From assembly GCA_037447605.1 (NCBI GenBank), contig CM074814.1:1054001-1118000 (forward strand): a stretch of 64,000 nucleotides of DNA. Reading direction: 5' to 3'. The position numbers were made by a program, and so were the translations under genes. A model generated the notes under the pieces. The model saw only the letters and a program-made list of their open reading frames with translations. It was not told the DNA's origin and searched no databases. Shown here in pieces: positions 57,334-64,000 of the stretch (position 1 is its first letter; each line of letters starts with the position of its first letter). This stretch comes from Zygnema circumcarinatum SAG 698-1b (taxonomy: Eukaryota > Plantae > Zygnematophyceae).

Positions 57334-58009
57334 CGTCCCTCCCTCAGCCCGTCTCTTTGAAGCCCTGCTGGGGAGGGAGGTAGGGAGGGAGGCGGATTGC
57401 GCCTGTCAGGAAACTGCAGAGAAAGGTCAGAAAATTTTCCCGGTATTTTTTTTCGGGATCTGCCCGGGAAACTTTTCGAAAGTGAAAAAAAAACCGAGTG
57501 GAAGTGAAAAAAGGTCGAGATCCAAGCCGGGCAGCAAACCGAAAAATATTGTCCATTTGGAAGTGTGGAGGCGGCAATGGGGACAAAAACAATTCAAATC
57601 TGTTTGGATTGCGCTGAAAATATTTACAGGCGCGATTGGTTAGACGCGCGCTCGCAGGGATTTTGAAAATTCAAAAAATATCAGAAATGAGAACATTTAG
57701 CATTTCTGGGCCTTCTGGAGCGCCCTCTCTTCCGCCTCGTGCACCAACGGTCACTCTCCCTTTCTCTCCCTCTCTCTATCTTTCTTTCTCTCTCTCTCTC
57801 TCGCCTGCTCTCTACACTGCAAGCTGTCTCCTCCCCCTTCGTATATCTCTCTCCTCCTCGCTCCCCTCTCCCCCCTCCCCTCTCCCTCCCTCTCTCCCTC
57901 CCTCTCTCCCTCCCCCCTCCTCTCTCCTCCCCCCTCCCCTCCCTTCCCCGTCCCCAATCCAATCCCAGCTCCAGGAGGTTCCCTGAGGGTGGATTTAGGG
58001 CAGGCGGCC

Positions 58010-61000
58010 ATGAGCAGCCAATCTGCAGAAAGTGAAGCCTCAACTGCACCGCGAGGGCCGGCGGCTGCGGCTCGCAAGGGCCCTCGCCCGTCTCCCAGCG
58101 AGAGGGCTCGGCTTGCGGGTGCCAAGCGTAGGAAGGAAGAAAGGGCAGGAAAGAGACTGATAAGCAGTGAGTCCATACAGCTTTCTCTTCTTCTTGAAGG
58201 ATCTGACTCGGAGAGCTGCTTTCGTTTTCTTTAGGTCTGGTGATGGCTCATTCTACTAAGTTTGGAATGCTGATGTTCCTTTCTTTCTTTCAGGTAAAAG
58301 TTTGCAATTTTACATCAATAGATGCTCGACAAAATCAGTGCGTGAAGTGAAACTAACTTCAGTATGTGCAATCGCTTTGGGTTGTGCATATGCACTAGTG
58401 AAATGGTGGGAATTGGGCATTCTTTTTGTCATTTGGGAGACTAAAGATTCACTGAATCCGATAATCTCGTCTTTTTGAAAGCTTCAGGGAACTTCAAGAT
58501 ATGGCTGCTGGAGAGTTTTGAGTCTAATCCAGTGCTGTAATCTCTTCGCGCCAATTCTGATAACATCCTTACGAAAAGGAGTTCGTTGGTTTGATGATTT
58601 GTCCATTTCATTCTTGTTCTGAGTCAGGGCAGTGAGAATTGCACCTTTGGATGGCCGCACAGGAATGTGGTTCTGTCGAGGCACGTGTGACGTTTCTACT
58701 TGCAGATCCTATGCGGCTTCATTACTCTCACTATTCTCTGCTTCAGTAGTTGGGTGGACCATCCCTCGTTGCATTTTTTGCAAGCACAGCAAGGCAGTTG
58801 CAATCATAAATATGAAGCATATGTCGAGCGTGAATTCAGTGTAAAGCAGCCGATAAAGAAGGCATTGGCAAGTTTGTAGAGGAGCGCGGGAATCAGCCAG
58901 AATAAAGAAAAAGGAGAGGGATAGAAATATGATTTGCGGGCATTTATCTGGAAGTTGGCGCAAGCCGGTCAAGGCGCAACATAGGAGAAAGGTCTTTCAG
59001 ACTGCAAGTTGAAATCTTTCTGGGACTAGTGCACGTTTTGCTTCACCAATCATTTTGCCGCATGTGAAACTTTCATTTATTCGCTTTCTCTTACTGCAGA
59101 GTGGAGTCCACATTATGTCTGGCATTGCTCTTGTTGCTGACGATGATGCTTAATCGCTTGCAAATTAGATAACGCTCAACGCACCTGGAGATTGCAGTAG
59201 AGCGAATATAGAGCGGACTTCATCTGTTGCTTTAAATTTGTTTTATGCTTGTAGCGCCCCCGGGCATTTCAATTTTGCACAAATACTTACGTCACAAGAG
59301 TTTCACATTAGATTGGACGCTTTAGATCTGGAGACAGTTGAACAGAACACCTTTACAGCAATAGTCATGTTTTATCGCGTGCAGAGATTCGTGTATTAAG
59401 CTTGGAAAGTTTGGGAAACCGACAGTAGTTCTGCAGAAAACTGATTCGCATCCCTTTTTTTTCCTTTTTTTTTTTTGTTTTTTTTGGTGCAGCACCCCTT
59501 TACATTTCTCTATTGGTGGGTTTGGCTGCTGTTTGGAGTGCTTTCATTTACCGAGCGGTGCAGCCAGGACCCCCCCTCCCTATTGGCGAAATAACAGCAC
59601 CCCGAGTTCAACTCAAAGATGGACGCCATGTGGCATATAACGAGGCTGGTGCGAGTGCGGACAAGGCCAAATACCATGTGCTTGTGTTACATGGGTGGGG
59701 AAATTCGAGGCTAGACCTTCTTCCGAACATCACTGTTGTGAGTCTCACTCCAACGTGGAAGGGTTGTCGCCAGTCTGCGTTGTCAGACTATAGTTGCATA
59801 ATTAAGTCTTTCAACAAACCAACTGATGAGCACCTATTCTTGACATTTAGGTCCAGCACTCGGGCTGACAACTTTTTGTATGCATGAGATGAGAGTCGAG
59901 GACATAGAAGGCTCGTCAAGGGGCTTATAGTGAGGGGTGAAGTGAAGGAGATTAAGTCTCAAAATTGTAAGAAAGTTCAAGCAATGGTCACAAATTCAAG
60001 AAGCGTGTAATCACCTCTGGTTGCAAGTTGTGACTTTTACCTTTGAGGGAGGGCCCTGTGGTCATGCGAACCTTGCAGGCAGAACTTCAGGAGTTGGGAG
60101 TGCGATTGGTGAGCTACGACCGGCCGGGATATGGACAGAGCGATCCCTTCCCGGGGAGGACAGCAAAAACAGAGGCAGAGGATATAGAGCAGTTAAGCGA
60201 ACTTTTGGGCATGGGCAAGTTATTCCACTTGCTAGGGATCTCCATGGGAGGCTACCCGGCTTGGGGGTGCCTTAAGTACATTCCGAAGAAGTGAGAGCCT
60301 TCAAATCTCCTCGGCCTGCTCAAACCTTATAGCATGCAACCAAGCATCGTCTCATGGAAAACATGTTGATGACAAGTTCCTGCTTTGCTGCCTGCCTCCT
60401 ATCTGTAGCGTTTTTCTTTTCAGTTTCTATAAATGTAGCATGTGTAGGATTGTGCCGCACACATTGTGTTCTGCTGACCGATTCTGCCGCCATTACCTCG
60501 GCTGTTTCCTCCCCTCTGTTGCTTCACTCTTTCTGAAAAGTCAGTTTGCTAATGCATTCTTTAACTGTGCAGATTGTACAATGTAGGCTTGGTTAATCCC
60601 GTAGGAGATTTTTGGGCCAAGAACATGACGACAGAGGAGACAATTGATAGCTGGATGCACTTTATCAATCCGGATCGATATTCCATTTTGGTTGCCCACC
60701 ACTTCCCATGGTTTCTACATTTCTGGACGACACAGAAATATCTCACCCGCGGCTTTTGGGGGCGCGAGCAGAGCTTAGGGAGTTTCAGCAGCAGTGATAA
60801 GGAGATTCTCAGCTGGCCAGACGTGCTGAAAAACTTTGAGTTGGTGAGCCTCCTCTTCCAATGACCGCTGCATGGCTGGAGGTTTATCTGAGCAGCATGC
60901 GTGCATTAGATCGAGTATAATGACTGTAGAAGAGTGTCATTAGAATACCTAATTAAAACTGGCATTTCCACAGTTCTTCGTCTGAATGAACCAGGCATTG

Positions 61001-61710
61001 CCGAGTGAGGCATGTTGCTTGGTGTTCAGAAACAAGTGAAGTCCTGACATGGTTATGGGCTGATTAAGTTTATAGCATGACCTGATTCTATAACCCCCAG
61101 AGACTTGAACTATTCTGTTCTTGCTGGGATTTGCAACCATTTGAATTGGTGGTGGCCGTAGAACTGCTGGTTTACCTAGTGTGCATTGCCCCGATGTCCC
61201 TGTAATTCTCACTCGCTAAAACAGGAGAGGGCTTCAACTCTCCCGTCAAGTGTGCGGAAGAAGTGGCCTTTAGTAGCATTGGTTATGTGAGCACTCCCAG
61301 GAAACATTATCCAAGAATCGCCACTAATGAAAGTATGCATGTCTATTGAGGTTCTGCAGACCAATAAAGAGGCGGAAAGGCAGGGGCCGGTGGAGTCCGT
61401 TGAGCGTGACATGAAGATCCTCTACGGAAAGTGGCCATTTGACATAGCAACTATTGATATCAGTGGTGATGGAGACTTTGACGGCGAGGTGCACATCTGG
61501 CAGGGAATGGAGGACTACATTGTGCCCAACCCAGTGAACCGATATGCCAAACGAGTACTCCCATCGGTGAAGTACACGGAAGTGGATGACGAGGGACACC
61601 TTTTCTTCCTTAAGAAGGAATGGAGCAAAAGGATTCTGACTGAACTTCTTGGGATTGAGAGCGTCAAGGAATCTGTAGCCCTCCCTGACCACCTCCTCAA
61701 GACTGCCTGA
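58010..61710 (+). CDS. Plant-type alpha/beta-hydrolase with an N-terminal membrane anchor, 5 exons
   Basis: Motifs ITAPRVQLKDGRHVAYNE, VLHGWG, VSYDRPGYGQSDP, the nucleophile elbow GISMGG, VHIWQG.EDYIVP and the catalytic-His region DDEGHLF. Exon 1 (58010 to about 58165) joins in phase to the exon at about 59493. Confidence 0.88.
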
Positions 61711-61899
61711 TGCGGAGGAGGAGATGGATGGCTTAAGGAAGTGCTCGATGTGTAGCATGCTTTAGGACTGGAAATCTGCATGAACCCCGGGGGGATTGTG
61801 GCAGACATGGCTACTGCGAGGTGGGGATGTAGTACTCTATGAAAAGGGGAATGTAAGAAGCTGTTGTATAGGTAGGGTTGAGAAGCCCATCTTTTTGCA

Positions 61900-62106
61900 G
61901 TTTGACAGCAAGCATTTTCCCATATGAGGAATGTATGCAACAGTTGGCGTTCTTTCTGTCAAAGCGAGTGGTGTGCGAGGATGACCTTTTGCTCCATCCC
62001 CTTTCGTCCTCCGAGACCCTTTCCGTTGAACGCCTTCACGTTGAGCGCTGAGCAGGCGGTGGGAGAGAGTGCGCAGTACCGACTCTTGATGCCATATCGA
62101 GACCAG

Positions 62107-62152
<46 letters not shown>

Positions 62153-63050
62153 GTGCCCGTGCCCGTGCCCGTGCCCGTGCCTACGCCTCAGTATTTGCTA
62201 TTTGCAACGCATGCATGCATGCATGTGCATGCGATGTGAGCATGTTCTCAAGCTTGAACTGATGCGGGGGACGGAGGGAATGTGGAAAGGAGACGGAGAG
62301 AGACGTGGGGGGGGGAGGGGGGAGGCAGTCGCGGAGTGGGCCCGTTGCCGTTTCTGCGTTAACCGTTCTTCCACCGCGTCATTCACGCAGATCTTTTGGT
62401 GCAAACCACACCACACCTTTGATAACTCGATATCAGATTCTCGTAGTCGTCATCCAGCTTCAAGAAGCACTCGAAGAAATCCTCGAACTCGTCGATGTGT
62501 GTTTGTCGACACCGGTGCCTCCGCCGTCAGGGCGGGTCGCTTAGAGAACCATGGGGGCATGCGGTGCATGCATCGCCATGGCCATGGGGGCCATGGGGGG
62601 CATGGGGAGGGCGGCATGGTAGGGCAGGCCGTGAGGGCAGACAGGACCAGAACTGACGGATATAAGGGAAGGGAGCGACATGATGGCATGTGGGCGCGTG
62701 GCCATAGCCATGGCCATGAGAAGGAGGTCGGAGACCATGGTGGCATGAGAAGCAGGCGGGGCCATGGGCATGCCATGGCCATGGCGGGCATAACGGAGCT
62801 CCGCAGAAGTGTGGGGAACGTGGGTTCTGGGTAGTTAAACTCTTATGATATGGAAGGGAGAGAGGTAGGACGCGGCGTGAAGGCAAGCATGGCCGAGGCG
62901 AGGTTCTTCTTGAATTTGAGAAGCAAAAAGGGTGCAAGTTTGTTACAAGAGTTAAAGAGTGAAATTCTGTGGCTGCAATTTTCAACAAGGCGGCAGTAAT
63001 TTTCGCCATTCGCTGGTAAAGAACTATTCGTAAAAAGTAAATTCGACACT
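61900..63050 (-). pseudogene. Unassigned coding-like fragments (possible decayed gene or transposon)
   Basis: Short stretches with GC-ending codons (LLKFKKNLASAML, HIDEFEDFFECFLKLDDDYENLISSYQ, WSRYGIK..LNVKAFNGK) are separated by CATG-rich repeats and stops. No family was recognised. Confidence 0.25.
62107..62178. repeat. Compound microsatellite (GCCCAT)7(GCCCGT)5
   Basis: Directly counted. Confidence 0.95.
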
Positions 63051-63296
63051 CTACTTGTCATAGACAAGTGAGGCCATCTCCTTTTTTTTTCTTTAATTAA
63101 ACTATTCTCGCCTCATATTCTAGGGTACTCTTGAATCAGGAAGTTGACAGCCTGAGTCAAAGAAAACTTCTCGCACTTCAAATGTCGACCGTGCTACAAC
63201 CAACACGCCCTGTTGCATCTCTGCGTACGATCATGCCAGTTCCTAATATCCCTTCAGTGTCAGTTCGACGCTTTGATGAGCAAGCATGCTTTTCCG

Positions 63297-63570
63297 TCTC
63301 CACCCCTCTTCCTTTCCATCTTCACTTTCTCCCTCCAATTCACCTCCACCCACTCCCTTTCCATCTCCACCCCCTCCCTGCCTTCCACCTGCACCCTTTC
63401 TCTCCCTCCATTTCCTATTTCACTCCTTCCTCGCTCTCTCCACCTCTTTTCATCTCCACTCCCTCCCTCCCTTTCCCTCTCCACCCTATCCCTCTCTTTC
63501 TCTCTCCACACCTTCCCTCCCTTTCCCTCCCCCCCCCCCATGGCACCCCTGCATTCCTCCCCCTCCTATC
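63297..63570. repeat. C/T-rich low-complexity tract
   Basis: About 270 bp of degenerate ccctct/ccatct units. Confidence 0.85.
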
Positions 63571-64000
63571 GTATCACTGCCGGTTCCCTCCTCACGCATA
63601 TGCTTTTGTTTCCTCTACTAAAGACGCTCTTGCTGCCTATACTGCACTGCAACACCGGATTACAGAAAATCCTGAATGCACAATATGCTTCTAAAACGGT
63701 GAAAGCTCCCTAATCTCTTCCACTAAAACTATCAACACCTCCATCCTCTACTCACATAATCCTCCTCGCTTCCACCTGACAGCATTCAAGGGCAGAGGTG
63801 AAGGACAACGACGGGGACAAAGCCAACGAAGTTAAGGAGATGAGAAAATACTGCCTGCGTTTTAAATAAAAATAAACAATCAACAAAAGGCGGCTCCTAT
63901 GACGAGTGTACATTAGCTGGGCATCCCACGCACTTCAGGCCACTAGGAGGCCGGGTTGCGGTCTATGCCTCCGCTGCCTTTCTCACTGATTCATGCACGA

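Overview
This is a gene-dense, intron-rich eukaryotic nuclear window from the green-plant lineage. Plastid-type PPD7, DUF3411 and RecX genes plus a DHX34 orthologue suggest a streptophyte alga or non-seed plant, but the taxon is an inference. I reconstructed eleven spliced protein-coding genes by hand: DHX34 (5' partial), ASCC3/DExH14, PPD7, LSM7, VPS36, DNAJC21/JJJ1, a GT90/CAP10 glycosyltransferase, an ApaG protein with a LYR-like N-terminus, a DUF3411/RETICULATA-related protein, RecX and an alpha/beta-hydrolase. Exon boundaries are manual estimates. Intergenic DNA holds two TA-flanked terminal-inverted-repeat elements (MITE-like), GTAC-rich repeat arrays, microsatellites and two possible decayed coding remnants. 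An exact 1500-bp duplication between two 10-N gaps is probably an assembly artefact. I recognised no rRNA, tRNA, CRISPR array or intact transposase. The strongest leads are: (1) introns with G-rich 3' ends, complementary C-rich 5' arms and frequent GC donors; (2) an FFAT-like motif at the ASCC3 C-terminus; (3) a MITE packed with SBP-type GTAC cores; (4) the LYR-like/ApaG architecture; (5) exon-scale GC3 spikes next to intronic CT tracts.
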